A DNA stretch of 64,000 bases, taken from contig NW_026889758.1 in assembly GCF_033153115.1 (NCBI RefSeq), positions 4,216,001 to 4,280,000 of the forward strand, given 5' to 3'. Shown piece after piece: positions 12,101 to 27,100 of the stretch. This DNA is from Saccostrea echinata. Lineage: Eukaryota. The notes beneath the pieces are model-generated. The model saw only the letters and a program-made list of their open reading frames with translations, was not told the origin of the DNA and made no database searches. The stretch's first letter is position 1. Each line of letters opens with the position of its first letter. Both the position numbers and the translations under genes were made by a program.

Positions 12101-15100
12101 CGAGTACAACTACCTTGCTGAGATTGATGATCTGATTGACAGCGATGAGGAACTCCGGAACGACAGAGCTGTGAAAATATCCAGTCAGTCATTAAAATAT
12201 TATCAATTTTGTGTAGCTAATTTCTCTGTTTGTTTATACACATGATGCAATTTATTACCCATCTTTGATCCAGCTTAGCTGATTTCCCAGGATTGATTAC
12301 AGTGTATTTTTTTTATTACTATTGAAATATTCTAATTGAATTGAACAGAGAAAGAAAATCGTCTGTGGGAGCAAGTGTTTGTCTGTTAAAAGTAAAACAA
12401 ATTTTAGCCTATCTTACTCTTGATATATGTTTGTTTACAGAGAAGGAAATGAATACATTGATGGATGAACTCTTTGAGTATTATCAGGAAACACAGCCAT
12501 TGGAAGAAGATGAAAAGAAAGCCATGAAAGTCAAAGCAAAGTAAGGAAAAAGAGAATCAATGATTTTACTAAATACTCTGTACATGTTCCAAGTCAAAAA
12601 AAAAAAAATAAATCATGACATCAAGTGTTTTCAATTGAGAATGCCAGTAGCACTGTAAATCTTTTACTGTATGTGTGCTTACAAAAAAGTGGGCTTCATA
12701 TTTTAGTGGCTTTGGCGCAGACAACAATGCACTAATTTATGAATACCGCTAAGAAATCATTTATATATACAATACATGGCACGGACATGTGTAGCACTAA
12801 TTCATGATCATGCCAACAACTCCATACACAGTGATTGCGATTAATTTTGAATATGCCAATATATGTACATGTATAGTATATTTTATGCCACTTTATTTTA
12901 CAACATTATCATTGCATTATTCACAAAATTTAATTTTCAAATATCCTCTTTTCAATAAGTAATCGGAGTTGGTGCTCTGTAAAATTGAAGTAAAATCATT
13001 TGGAGAACTCCTTACATTATACATGTATGTAAATAAAATTCATTCAGGTAAAATGTGACTGTTTTTGTATTTTACTAGGGCCCATTATAAGAGGCAGGTA
13101 TTAGAGACGGACAGTCAGCCACAGAGTACGGAGAATCAGTTTTATGTTATATCTGACCACGAGAGAGAACAGATAGCTGACCAAATGAGAAAGGTAATGA
13201 AATATTAAGGTAACAAACAGGAATCAAGCTCAAAAGTCCATTGGAACAACACAAATTGGGTGCATAGCAAACACAAACCTCTTAAATATCAGAGGTGGGA
13301 TCAGGTGTCATGGAGTAGTAAGCACCCCTGTTGAACTGTCACACCCACCTTGTGCTCCTTGTCATGATTGGGCAAACGGAAATATCCATAGACAATGCAG
13401 TGTGAAAATAATGGCCAAACAATTCGACTCATTGAAAATTGTATTTGCTAACAAGGTCATTGTATTGAACATAGAATGTGGGAAATGTTGACATTAAACA
13501 AGACGCTTGATATCCTTGTATCATCAACTTCCTTGTCAATAGCTTGTCTAATTTTAGAAATTGTTTGTACATAGAACATGCTCTTGCTTATTGAATCAAC
13601 TTGGAGACATAAACTCCATAAAGAGGTGATAATGGTATACTACATAATTAAGGGAAGTTGATGATAGAAAAGTAGAAGTCATCACATTTATCATAAAGTT
13701 TTTTTGTTAGTTTGCCACTAATGTATTTCTCTAGTAAAATATCTAAATATGAAACAGATGTGTCAGACTCTGTGGTGTCTTTTATTTTTAGTTTAAAGGG
13801 ATATATCAAAACAACATTGAAATGAAAATGACTATTATAAATTCAATTTGATAAAACATCATCAGTATAAGTAACAGAATTTTAAAAAAAAATAAAAAGG
13901 GTGGAATATTAAAAATTTAATCAAATTAGAAGACATGTTACATTTGTATATACATGAACTCTGTACAATGGTTAGGAAATACATCAGTCCTTGCTGTTTT
14001 TCCCCCCATATTCTGATTTATGCTGATATTTGAAACCTTTTTGTTTTCTGCAGCATGTACAGCTGTTAACTCAGATGTATGTCTCTGCTATGGGAAACCA
14101 GGCTGAGTACAAAGAGGTCGCTGACTACAGTAAAAATCTTCTGGTGAGAATATTGAATATGACACATTTCTTTAAGATTCACAGCTTTAAAATAAAAAAA
14201 AAATATTCCTGAAATATATGCATGTACAACTGAAATTTGGCATCTCAAACACTGATATCTCGAATACCATGGATATGTCAAAGTTATTTGAAAGTAGCAA
14301 GCACTTTATTTTTTTAAATCTGTAGTTAAATTATGTGCATCAATTGCTGATTTTTGCAGATGGAACTACATCAATTCAGTGTCACTAATACTCAGTACCT
14401 GACACCTAGTTCCATGTATAATGCCACAAATCTGAAGGAAGCTGTAAAACTGGTCAATAAAACAGAGGAATGGGAGCAGATAGAGAGGAACAAACACAGT
14501 ACATACATGTCTTATCAATCAGACTTTCTCATAATCAAATTTATATTTAGCTTAAAAATTAAATGATTATCTGAGGGGGAAGGAACTGTCTTGCATGCTT
14601 TACAAATTAATGCACCTACTGTAAACCAACAATTCTTGACAAGTTCTTGATTCATCAGATTGAAATCCATCCATGACAATTTTTACGACCAAGAAAACAT
14701 TCTGCATAATGGTTAGTGGTGAAAAAATGATGGTGAAAAAAAATAGGTCACGAAAACTTAAAGATATCTTGCATGTGATTAAAAGTTGGTTTACAGTATT
14801 TGATGCTTTACCGCAATTTTACAGACAGAAGTACTCAGTATATTTCCTCTGAGAAGTCCATCGCCTCACTGTTAGTACAAAATTACCACACCTTGTCAAA
14901 GAGGAAAAAGGATCTAATCCTCAACATTGTAGGAGATACACCTTGTAAGAATTTCAGTCTATGCTTTATCATCATCAGTTTTAGTGACTAATGTACATGT
15001 ATGAATTACCGGATAGTTCTGATATATTTGTGTATGATTATTCATTGAAGCAAAGGCAATAGGTGAGAGACTGCAGTCCAATAGACTGACCATTCCTCAC

Positions 15101-18100
15101 TTCACCAACCAACAGAAACAGCTGATCTGGACTAGTCCTGTTTTTATGTACCCAGAACTGGTGCCGAGTGGGAGCTTCCTGTTTAGAGGTGACCTTCAGG
15201 AAACAAAAAGAAGGGTGGCCTTCACGGAATCAGAGGACAGGTAAGTTATTACTAGAAGTTAGATTACACAGTACTAAATAAAACCTTCCTTATAGGAGTC
15301 ATTGCTAACCATTAATGTGATAGCCAATTGTTGCCATTAATTTCTAAGACTAAGCATAATATTATCATACAGAAATTGGCCTGAGTGTAATGACTACCAA
15401 TACTAGCTGTAGAAAGACATTATAGATCTTTTAGAAATAATTTCATGTATGCAAATAAAACATTATAAAAGGAAAACAGTAAAAGTATTATCTGTAATTA
15501 ATTTAAGTTGAATTAATTTTACATAATCAGCACTATTTGTACAAGACAAAAAGTGACAAAGTAACTGCATTTACATTTACATGTATATTAATACAAATTT
15601 TTAAGAAATATTAAGTTTAAAAGACACTAACAAATCAGGGTTCACACTTTCAGATTGATGGCTCTTGGATTGGACCAATTCAAACATCTGCCATACTTTC
15701 ACCAATTGATAAGAAAATTTCTTCTTCCTTGTAAAACAGAGGAGCAGATAAGAGTTCGCATCAAGAATCTAACCAGCTCCAAAGCCTCTCCAAACATTAT
15801 TAAGGTACTAAGTATCATGTGGAGAACTATAAATCTTTCTTAGCTTTATTACGTAGATATAGATTCAGTTTGGTTTGATTTTAAAGAGAAAATTTGGTTT
15901 TTGCTTTTATTGACTGAAACTATTTTTATAAAAATTTTTATAGAACTACAAACTGACCAAGAAATTGCCAGATTTTCAGACTTTCACTGGAATTTTTTCA
16001 CCAAATGATATGAAAGCTCCTAAAGATCAAGATACTGGAAAACTGCCAACTTGGTGCAAAGAGCTCAAAATCCGTGAAATTATGGCCAACACTGAAGATG
16101 CTCATGAGAAATATGGAAATATGCAGAGGTCATCTAGTGTAAACATTCCTCTGATGTCATCAGAGAAGGGAAAGGTTGGATTATTTTGGCATTGTAGAAA
16201 ATTTCTGCTAAGAAAAATGTTATCCTTATTTTATTAATTCATTTACAGCTATTCAGTGAAAAAATTCATCTTACCTCCTGAATCCATGGTATTTTATGGG
16301 GTACCACTCCCAAGAAACATTTTGCTTTCTTATTTTTGTTTTAAGACTAGAAACTTGGGGGAAAACTTATTTATTTATGACCAGACATTTCACATCAATT
16401 TTACAGGCTGAGGATTCAAAGAGTTGTTCAGCTCCTGTGACACCTATGACCAAAACACAGGACCAAAATAAACCCTGTACTGTCATTATTGTCCCAAACC
16501 TTACCCCTGAGAAGTCCAATGTGTCTCAAAGGCCTGTAACTCCTGTTATAGAAACGAAGGCTTCACAGAGTTCACTACCCCTTAATGCCATTGTTCTCAC
16601 TAACATACCAGTTTCTTCAGCTTGTGATGCAGAAATTCCCTTTTCAACCAAAACTCTTGGAATACCATTATCCTGCAGTCAAATGTCAGCTGATCAGAAC
16701 TTCACCAGTAATATGTTAGCCAGTCAGAGAAATCATAATAATTCTAGCAGTTTATCATCTGAATGTAGTCAAAAAGTGTTACCACTGAACACCAGTTCAA
16801 GTGTCATTCTTCCTGTTTCATCAACACATAGTTTAAATACCTTGTGTACTGGTGTTACACCAGTTCCCGTGTTTTCTAATCAGACTGTGTCAGCTCCGAA
16901 CTTGCCAATCCAGACTCAATCAAGCCAAACGGTGACAGGGCCCACATTATCAAATCAGGCAGTGATAAGTTCTTCTTGTCAAAGCATGGCAAGTTTAATT
17001 GAACAGAAATGTCAGGTATCAGAGACTCTCAACAAAAAATTGTGGACACCTACACCCCAGAATAGTGCATTATTGTCAAATCCCTGTGAGCATATTCAAG
17101 AGGAATTCCATAGCAGCACAGGGATGTCTATACAGTCAGAGAGGTGTATTTCTCCTGATAATATTGAGCCAACTGTTAAAATGAAAAATAAAGAAAGAGA
17201 TTCAAATGAAACTGATTTATCCAAGGAAGTTATAAAGAAGCAAATGAGTATCAAAGGTTCTGATGCTAGATCAGAGTCTCCAAGCAGGTGAAATTTTTTT
17301 TTATATTTTACTTCAAAAAATTTTGGTGATAATAGTACTAAATTCTGTAAAATTTTCAGTAAATAAATCTCTAATCAGTAAATATATGAAGCCATTTGAA
17401 TTTGTAAAAATGGTAAGATTTTTGTGGTAGTTGAAAAATGTTCAAATCTTTAAAGTCATTTAACATAGATTTATTTTTCAGACTGAAAAAGGTGCCATTT
17501 TCCCCTGGGTTTATACCACTACATCAGGAGTCAGGCCAAACTGAAATCCTGGGAAATCCTGGTAGTCCTATTCTGATAAGAATGGTTGAAAATGTTCCTA
17601 GTCCTGTAGAGAGCAAAAGCAATCAGCCAACAGAAGGGAGCACAAATCAGAATGCAAGTGTTGGTGAGCATGATATGAACGCTGAAAATAGAGGAAACAA
17701 AGAGAGGCAGAGTAATGTAGGAAATGTGTTTTTCGGTGACAGTAATTTGACAGATTCTGGTGTTGTTCAGACTGATGTTTCAGACAGTAGTCTTAATACC
17801 ACACTGGTAGCTGACAACAGTTATAATGAATCACCAAAACCTGTCGAAAATTCAAGAGAAATACAGGCTCTTGTTATATCTTCAGTGAATGCTTTAAATA
17901 GTGTAAATCAGTCCACAAATGTACAGCAGACCTCAGGAAAAACGGTCACCTCTACACACCAGATTATAACTCAACATCATCACGAGAATTACAATTCAGC
18001 AAAACTACTTGGTATACCAATTGAAAATAAATTACATGTAAACCAACTTCCATCTACAAATAGAACAGAAGAGCAGGAATCAGACAAAAATAAAACATCA

Positions 18101-21100
18101 TGTAGAGCCCATTTAATTGGATCACTGAGTAGTTTATCATCTACTCAGTCTAAGCCTTTGGTGTCAGCGAGCCCAATGAAATCAGCCCTAGATATTGTGG
18201 CTGCATATTCTTCTTTAATGCTGTCTCCCAAAAAAGGCCCAGCAAGCTTTGTTCAGAAAGCTCAGGAGACCACGCCAGTTAAAAGCAGGTATCGACCTCT
18301 TGCTCCTAAACCATACACATCATCAGCCACTGTTGTAAGTCCATTTTTAAGTCCTCAAAAAAGTCCTAGAAAAAGCCCTAGGAGGCAACAGCTACAGAGG
18401 AAGGCCAGGGCAATATGCCCCAAAGGACTTGTGGTCAAAACAGTGATATCACCATCCAAGAAGGCTGCCTCCCAGATCATGAACAGAGTTCTGGGTAAAA
18501 CCCACTGTAAAATACTACCACGTCCACCGGGCCTGCCCAGAAATGAACTTCACATTCAGACCAAAGGATTAGCATCACATGAGGTCCCCGCTGAGTTGCT
18601 GAAAGATGAGACAGAAACAGAGGAGGAGGGAATGGAAACAGCTAGTGAATGTGACACAGGTAACAGTGGGCTTTATGTAGTTTAACATGTACTATATTTG
18701 TTATTTCTTCAGATGAGGGACAATACATGTAAATATAAGTTCCTCAAATTTTGTGAGTTACTGGTTTTTCTTTAACTTGAGTACCTTATTTTTTTTTTTA
18801 ATTGTCAAAAGAAGCCTTGTTGAGTTTCTTTTCACAATTAAAAAAATCAAGGAATGAAGAATTAGAGAAACATGTTATGACAAGAAAAAAAAACAATTGT
18901 GCGGGAGTGATGAAATACAGTTGATAATGGGAGACACAATGTTTCTAGTATTCAGTTTTGTTTTTAACAGTAGAATCAGAATATTTGTCTGATGAAGTAA
19001 TGGAGGATGTCGGTGATAAGAAGCGATCAGCACGAAAAAATCTTCAGAAGAAGTTCCACAAAAACCGAGAGCTGCGTAACTCTGTGGAGAGTGATGATAC
19101 AGAGGTAGACGAATCCAATCTTTACGACAGTCAGGACGACAATGAAGAGGAGTCCGAGCACATAGCCGATCTCATGGCTGCCAGCACCACTATCAAGTAA
19201 CTACGCAGCTTCTCCAGTCTTATTAAGGATCTATTTCTAATTGTTTTAAACAACTACCAATTTTCTCTTCATGGACAATGTATTTCACAGATAAAGTATG
19301 TTTTTATTGAAAAAATAAGTAATATTCATTAATTTTGTATTTTTATTGAATAATCAATAAGTTAATAGCTTTGTTTATTTTACAAAATTTTTTAAGATAC
19401 ATAACAGTTGCTCTTTTTTCTAACCAGATTTAATCCAAAGAGCATTCTGTCAAAAGACTCTAAAGATCTGTCCAGCAAAACAAAGAGAAGAAAAGATTCT
19501 GCCCTAGCCATGCTGGCCCCAGATATTGTAGAAACAGACCCTCTGGTAAAATGATTGTATACTTTTACATTTACCAATAAAATTCTAGGTTATTACAGAC
19601 ATAAATAAAAATCAAGGGTTAAATTGAAATAAATGTTTATTAATAATATATAGCAATATGCCATTTTGAAAGTTTTTAATAAAATAATTGAGAACGAGTA
19701 AGATATTCATGAAACAAATTCTTTGCCTCAAGATTTTTACTTACTGTATACTGGTATTAATTTATTTTAAATTGAGACATTACTTTGGTTTCATTGAAGT
19801 AGGGAGATCAAATTTCATTGATTTTGCAAAAGAATACCCTTTCATTGATATGTAAATTTGAGGACAGCTTCCTCATCCAATTCATTATTAGAATTTGTAG
19901 TGTGTTGATCATCATATCTGACTCAACCTTGAAAAACATTGAGATTTGATGTTCAGCAAAAAATTATGAAATTACTAAATTAGACTCAAAGAATGTATAT
20001 TTAGTTTTAAAACTCAGGGGGAAAGATGTTTTTTAAAAGCTTATCAGAAGTGAAGTAAACATGTCCATGTAATTTATAATCCATTCCTTTTGGTTTGTAG
20101 AAAGATGATCGAGACACAGCATTTGCACAAGCTTACTTAACCAAGGCAGCAGAGGACCTGAAAGATGATTTTACCACATATGAACAATTTCTAAAAATCC
20201 TGTACGAGTTTGGAAAATCTGAACAGTCACCAGTAAAAGTAAGAAAAATGTAGAATAGCAGCACATTGATTCTAAGGAACTTAATTTTGAGGAATTTACA
20301 TGTGTCTTTAGTAATGAAACTCATTTTTTTTTTACATGAATGAACTTCCTAACATCAGATTTAAGAACTAAAATATGATAATCAATTATCGTTTAGACAT
20401 TTCAAGAATCTACATTTTCATATACCGTAACCGGTATACAAAAAAAAAAATGTAATTAAAAATTACGGAACCAGCTTAAAATATTTCATTTCTACATCTA
20501 AAGTTTGAATTATTTTCATCACCAATTGATAAGGATCAATGAATTTATGAGGAAGAGAGCAGATAGATATGGATATCAGCTGGTATTCAGTAATTGATAC
20601 AGTCAATCCTCTTTATCTCAAATTCAATGGCTAGAGAAAAATCTTTGAGATATCCAAGGATTCAAGATAACACATAAAGAATAAGTGGTTGGGACTTCCA
20701 AATTATTTCGACATATCCATGGTATTCGAGACATTGGTGTTTGAGATTCCAAAGTTCAACTGTATTTAACTCATGAACTGGATTCATATTAGGACTTGTG
20801 TGCCCTACAGTAATTAAGTAAACGTATTAATCTGTCTGCCCTTTTGTCTGTCTTAGGAGAGCTACATTGTACAAGGTGTGTGCTGCATATCTCCTCATGT
20901 ACAAGATTACCTCATGCATGTAGGATTAATTCCACAATGATTCTAATCTTCATAACAAGATTTATTCAAATTAATCCCTCAAAATTATTTTGAGAAAAAT
21001 ATTGGTGTGTGAAGTAACTTCACTGAAGTTAATCTACCCCTTTCCCAGTGTTTATCATACCCATAGGCGCTTTGGTCAAGGATAATTTATATCTTCTATA

Positions 21101-24100
21101 TAATGTATTGTCAAGAAAATTCAACTATACATGGAACATTTTTTTCAGTGCACAGTGTTAATTTTTATTTTTTTAATCTTTCTGCACAATATACACTCGA
21201 CTGCCACAGAAATTTGATATTATGCACATTTTAAAAATGACATATCCGATTTGTACACTAAAAAAATTTCTTTTATAAACCTCTGTTTGCAAGTGATGCT
21301 TGTCTTGAAGTTAAGTTGAAGTCTGGGTAATTTTTGCATTCACCAAAGGCTGGCATTTTATGAAATGAATGCTACTTTCTGGTTTAAATATTCATGTACA
21401 TTTAATTGAATTATTATATCATATGTTTTTTTACTCCCTTATGTAAGTACAAGGATACAACAGTGTATGAATTTCTAACAAGTAGTTGGATAATCTCATT
21501 TGTCATTTAGGAAATATAATTCCAAATTTTTATAAAAATATTTGCTGTTTCATATTCTTCATATATTTCTACATTTCCTTAAACAATTTTGTCCTAAGTC
21601 TAATTCACATCTTTTAAGCTGCAACCTTAGATTTCTATCCCTCTGCAGAGCCCTTGCTGACTGCTCATTTTTCTAGTACTCTTAATTACAATTTTATTTA
21701 AAAGGAGGGCAGACAATGTTACTGTTGATTCCTAAATATTTTGAAATTTTACTTGGAGGTAGGTGGCAGAACAATACTATGGTTCCCACTTCTTTAGCAA
21801 GAATTCCAACTGAACAAGCTTTGATTAAAAAAGATAATGAAGGGGATTATTTACCATTTGTAGATTTTAAGTCATTTAATATGATATAAGGATGTTAAAA
21901 GGTTAACAAGATGAAAAACAATGAACCCAATTACATTTTCACTGGAATAGGAAAGATCATAAGATTTAAGCCGCATTATATATATTTATTTAGCTGTAAA
22001 AGAAGCAATATGTCCCGTAAAATTATTGATAAGAAACCATAGAAAGCAAGCAGAATTATATTTCTCGATGCAAAGTTTCAAAAGAATTCACTCGTCATTG
22101 TCTGTGATGTTATAAGCTGGATTATGATTAACAATGCCAGAGCTGTTCCTTGTACGATAGCTGCTTAACGTAAATGTGTCAGTTGTTACACGACTATTAA
22201 CAACTCCATCCAGGCTCTGAGAGATTGTGCTAAGCCTTCTTAATCCACCTCTAGCACAGCACAATACTTTCTTTAGCTCTCGTCTAAATCTCTGTCCATG
22301 AATGCTGTACAGGAAAAAGTTTATGGAATGATTTAAATACACAAAAAAGTCAGATATACGAGAAGCCATTAGATATGAGGCATAACCATGGTAATTCACT
22401 TTTCCATCAACAATGAACTGAAAAGCACTCTCTCTAATGGACATGAAGATAACTTTAGGGCTAGTGCACACTAGAAATGTAAAGGAGACGGAAAGCAACA
22501 TGGCCGTTAGTCTTTGGTGAAATTGCTGTCTGGAATCTGTTCTGTTATTTCTTTGATTCTGGCTCCGCATGGAACGTCGTCTTAGAGTAGCCTTCCTGTT
22601 GTCATAAATGATTAAAATGTTAAACGTTAGCAACACGACAAAAGGAGCAAATGAATAAATGGCAGCATCCAACCATGGCATCACATTGTCATGAAAATCT
22701 TCGTATTCCTTTTCAGGGATGCAGAATTCACGATCATCAATGGTCACTGTCCAAAATATATGACTGTTAATGGCAACAAAAATGATAAAAAGCAGTATCG
22801 TTACCTTTCTTGCTCTTGAGATTGTGGCCATTTGGGCAGCTTTTAGAGGAAAATGAATTGCAATAAATCTCTCCACTGTCATTGCCACCACTAACCAGAC
22901 AGAATAGTGGTAGGTGAAGTAAGAAAAAAAATGAATGGTTATGCAGGCAGCTTGACTTCTGGTGGAAATGTCTGTACCTTCATTCAGAATTGTCAGCCAC
23001 CTCCTGAAAGCATTAATATACAGCACGGCTAAATCCAGGACTGCAATGGCCTGCATGTAAATGCAGGTGGAAGTTGTTCTCATGGAATGTCTGCATAGAA
23101 CTATAAAAGTTAATATGTTTCCAATGGTTCCCAGAAAAATGACAATGGGGAATACATATAAACCAAAAGCCTGGGCAAAGCGATACTCCCAGTGCTGGTT
23201 CAGAATGTCTTGTAGTGTTGGCCGAGGCTGGTTTATAGGAGGGGATGGTGTTGTTTCCATGGAATCATTGTGTACACTCTCATTGCCAAAATGCATCACT
23301 ATGTTGTAATTCTCCATTGTTGTTGAAAACATAGGCATAAAACAAATTTCACTAGAAAAAATATAACATTAAACATGAAAGATTTTTTCATGCAGCCTTC
23401 ATAAAGCTTGTTGGTCAGAATGACAGGTCATTGTCCAAGATCCTACTTTCTTCTAATGTAGTTTATGTTTCACTTTTTAGAAAATGTAATACATCTTCTT
23501 TGACTTGAGAGATGTCATATTCTCCTTGGTTGCTTTTTGACATATATTTTTCCTTTCTGCACTCACAAGTTAAAAAGTATTGTGTTCATCACAGCTGTTA
23601 TCCAAAACAATAGTGATGTTTACTCTGAATCCGGATTGGGTAAGAAAAATCCAAGGAAAAGTTGTTGTCATCAGTTAAATCAACACTTGAATAGCAAGGC
23701 AGCTCAAATTTACTCTTGAGTGGGATATAGTCTTTCTGATTGTTCAAATATCATGACCCTCGACATCCACAATACACATGAAGTCTATTAAACAAAGCAC
23801 ATTTTACATCTTGTTGTCAAATCCTTTGCTTTGTTTGAGGTCTATAAACAGTCAAAGGATAATCTATTTGGAGTCCTTGCAAAGATGTACTAAATACAAT
23901 TCTCCTTTTAAATGGGTGGAAATGGAAATGAAGAATTTGTCATTTCAATGGAAAAGTTGAGAATAATGATAGATGAAGTGTGTGGGGGCAATTGTACCAT
24001 AATGTGTATTGTTCCAAAGTTAATTGTCACTGTACAGTGTGGCTCAAAAGTTATACTGGTGATAATACAACTGGCGTTAGCATTTTTCAACAGAAAGATT

Positions 24101-27100
24101 AAACAAAGGTTTGTTACAGAAATGAATTTATTTCAGGCCCAAATCAAAGTATTGGTGCTATATAATAATCACCTTGTTAGTATGCATGTCAATACATTTT
24201 TTAGTCATACAAAATTTATCTTCCAATCCAGTTCCTATTTAGTATACATAAGTGGAGGATAGTAATAGGAAGATATAAGACATATACAGTTTACTAAGCC
24301 ATTTGATCAAAGTCAAGGACTCAGAGGGCAAAATAATTATTTTAACATTTCATATTTATATGATGCAATAGCTTGGATTTTTTTTTAAACTAACTCTTAA
24401 CTGACTTATACAAAATAAATAAACATTTGTAGAGCGCCCTATATAATAAAAATTACTCTAAGGCGCTTAGCAATAAGATTATAGTAAAATATATGTACAA
24501 GATAGGAATTAAAGCTTTAAACAGAATAAGAAAAAAAAAGGATGCATAAAAATGGAGAAACATACAAGAAAAAGAGAAGTTTAATAAAAATAGTAAAATC
24601 AGATATTTACATCACAAAAAAAGATTTTCAAAAAAAAAGAAAAAGAAAAAAAAAAGCATTTGAGACATTTTAAAAAATAAAAAATCATAGGGGTTTAAAA
24701 CTTAGGAAAAGAAGTCTTTAAAAAGTATGTTTTTAGCAACTATTTAAAGACATTACATACATATTACTTACATATAGTAGTCATTTCAAAATGTCTAGGT
24801 GAATTATCAACAGATTTTGAATAAACTTGGTCATAGGTCAAACTCAAAAGTAGATATTATTGATTGAGAATATTAACATGATAATGAATGTGATAATCAG
24901 ATACATTGTAACCTACAGACTTCATCTTTGGTATGTAGATTATAACTGGTTTGATGATGACTTAAACAGGGTCATAGGTTAATTTTTTTTGCAGTGTGAT
25001 GCAAAAATGTGGATTTTTTTTTACCTACAAAGTTATATTGACTAAATTCATTTGATAAAGACAGATTTCAGAAAGAAAAATCTTTGCTTTTGGTGTCCTT
25101 TTAACAAAGGTTCAGGCCAGAAGGCCACAAGTGCGGACATGGCATTGGGATCGAGAGTATTGATATGGACATTATATTTCAGATAATTTGCAGTAACTTG
25201 GAATTTTTCAAGGATAAGCTTAATTAAATCCATTTTTATTTTTTGTTTTCAAATAGAAGACACCTGTAAAGTTTGGGTCATTCGATATCAACTGAAAGTC
25301 ATGCATTTTGAATAAGAAATTTAATTATACATGTATCACAGAACAAGACTTTCTTCAAGCTTTGCAGTGCCAGATAGTACATATGCTCAATTAGATGTAA
25401 AGTCCTAGAATAAGGTCATTATTTGGACAAGGCCAAGGACACATTGATTAGCACAGTACATCTTAGATCTGCATTTATCTGGAATAAAATAGTGGGGGAA
25501 AACTTTTGTGCAGGACTTTACCTGGGATTTATGATAACTATTTTTGGTCCTATTTTGAAATGAGACATCCCTCAAACTTAACCTGCTAACCAATGATATT
25601 GATTTCAGTCTTAATTTGATAAGTCCTACACCTGTCAGTGAGAGGTAAAGTGTTTCAGAATAAAGGATGGATATATAATTCAACTTTTTGACATTGAATA
25701 TATTTTTGTGGAGAAAAAATGATTAAAAAATAAAAATAAACTGTAAAAATGTATTTTTCATATCCCTCGTATTGATAGAAATATGTCAAATTACATAAAA
25801 GAAATTATGAAATATCAAATAAGTGATTCGATAATAGACTTTTCAAAAAGAATTGCAAAACAAATACAAAACACACTCATTTGAAAATTTTAAAAGTAAA
25901 TCCACTATGCTAAAAATAATTTCATGTGATTTAAAATTTATTTCCATCTTTTATTGTCCAAAAATTAGATTAGATAATTTTAAGATGAATAAATAATTTA
26001 ATGCAGCATTTATTTGTTCTTCTGTCCATTATACCATTTAAGACATAAAAATGTTATAAATTTCTAACAATGTAAACAAGTAAAATAAGCTCGGACAATG
26101 ATCAGGGCCTAACAAGACATAAAACTAAGATAATGACTGTCAATATGGTCATTAGAAATATCAACAGCATTCAAAGTTTATAGCTTTATTGCCTATTTCT
26201 TACTTTTTGTGTTAAATTTTTTTATTAACTGAGGTTATCTTGTGTGGTACATTTGAGGGCTTTTTCAGAGTCATTAAGTGGCTCTATAAAAATGTCAGGT
26301 ATAAGATAATGTACATTACATGTCATAAAGCGAGGATAATCCAGTATTATTTTTTAACATTCTCTCAGAAATTACAGCTAGTCTGAGGTATAGCTTGTGG
26401 TCTTCGCGTGCCCAAATCATGCCTGTATCTCAAAATAGATTTCTATGTCAATATTGAAAGTAATAAAATGTCAGTGAGACCAGCTGTTTTAAAAGTACAA
26501 TATGATATAAGAGTGTGTGACATAAATGTTAGAAATAATGTGTAATTATTAAAAGTATTATACTTAATTGATATGGATTACAAGTCAGTCTAAATAAACT
26601 AATTCTATATCTATTAGTTCATTATACCGGTGTAATAAGGTCCAGAGGTCTGTTAATTTGTTAGGTCTGTAGAGTCACTCAGTATGTCACTTTCTGTCCA
26701 TTGGAGTAAATGACTTGCATTATCATAACTTTGGAACAATTTCATTTTCTTCTCTAAAATAACTGAACCAATTACAAATTTGATACGTAGCATCCATGAG
26801 TGAAGGGATTTGTAATTATGCCCATATTGGGCTAGCTAGTGTAAAGAAAACAAAATTTTAAAAGTTTATTATACCCCCCGCAAATGAAGTTTAGGGGGGG
26901 TATATTGGAATCACCATGTCTGTCTGTCTGTAGACAAGATTTTGTCCAGAGCGTTTCTCGGAAACTATTGCATAGATTTGTCTGAAAATTTGTACACTTA
27001 TTATTCACCATATGAAGGTATGCACCTGGTATTTTCATCATGATTGAATAATTTTTCTTCATTTTTATTATGTGGTTTTGTCCCGACCTTTTCTCAAAGA

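Noticed and set aside
16296-18685. Long ORFs (331 and 415 aa; also 31894-33132) as separate genes
   Set aside because: They are bounded by phase-compatible splice sites and are large low-complexity exons of GON4L.
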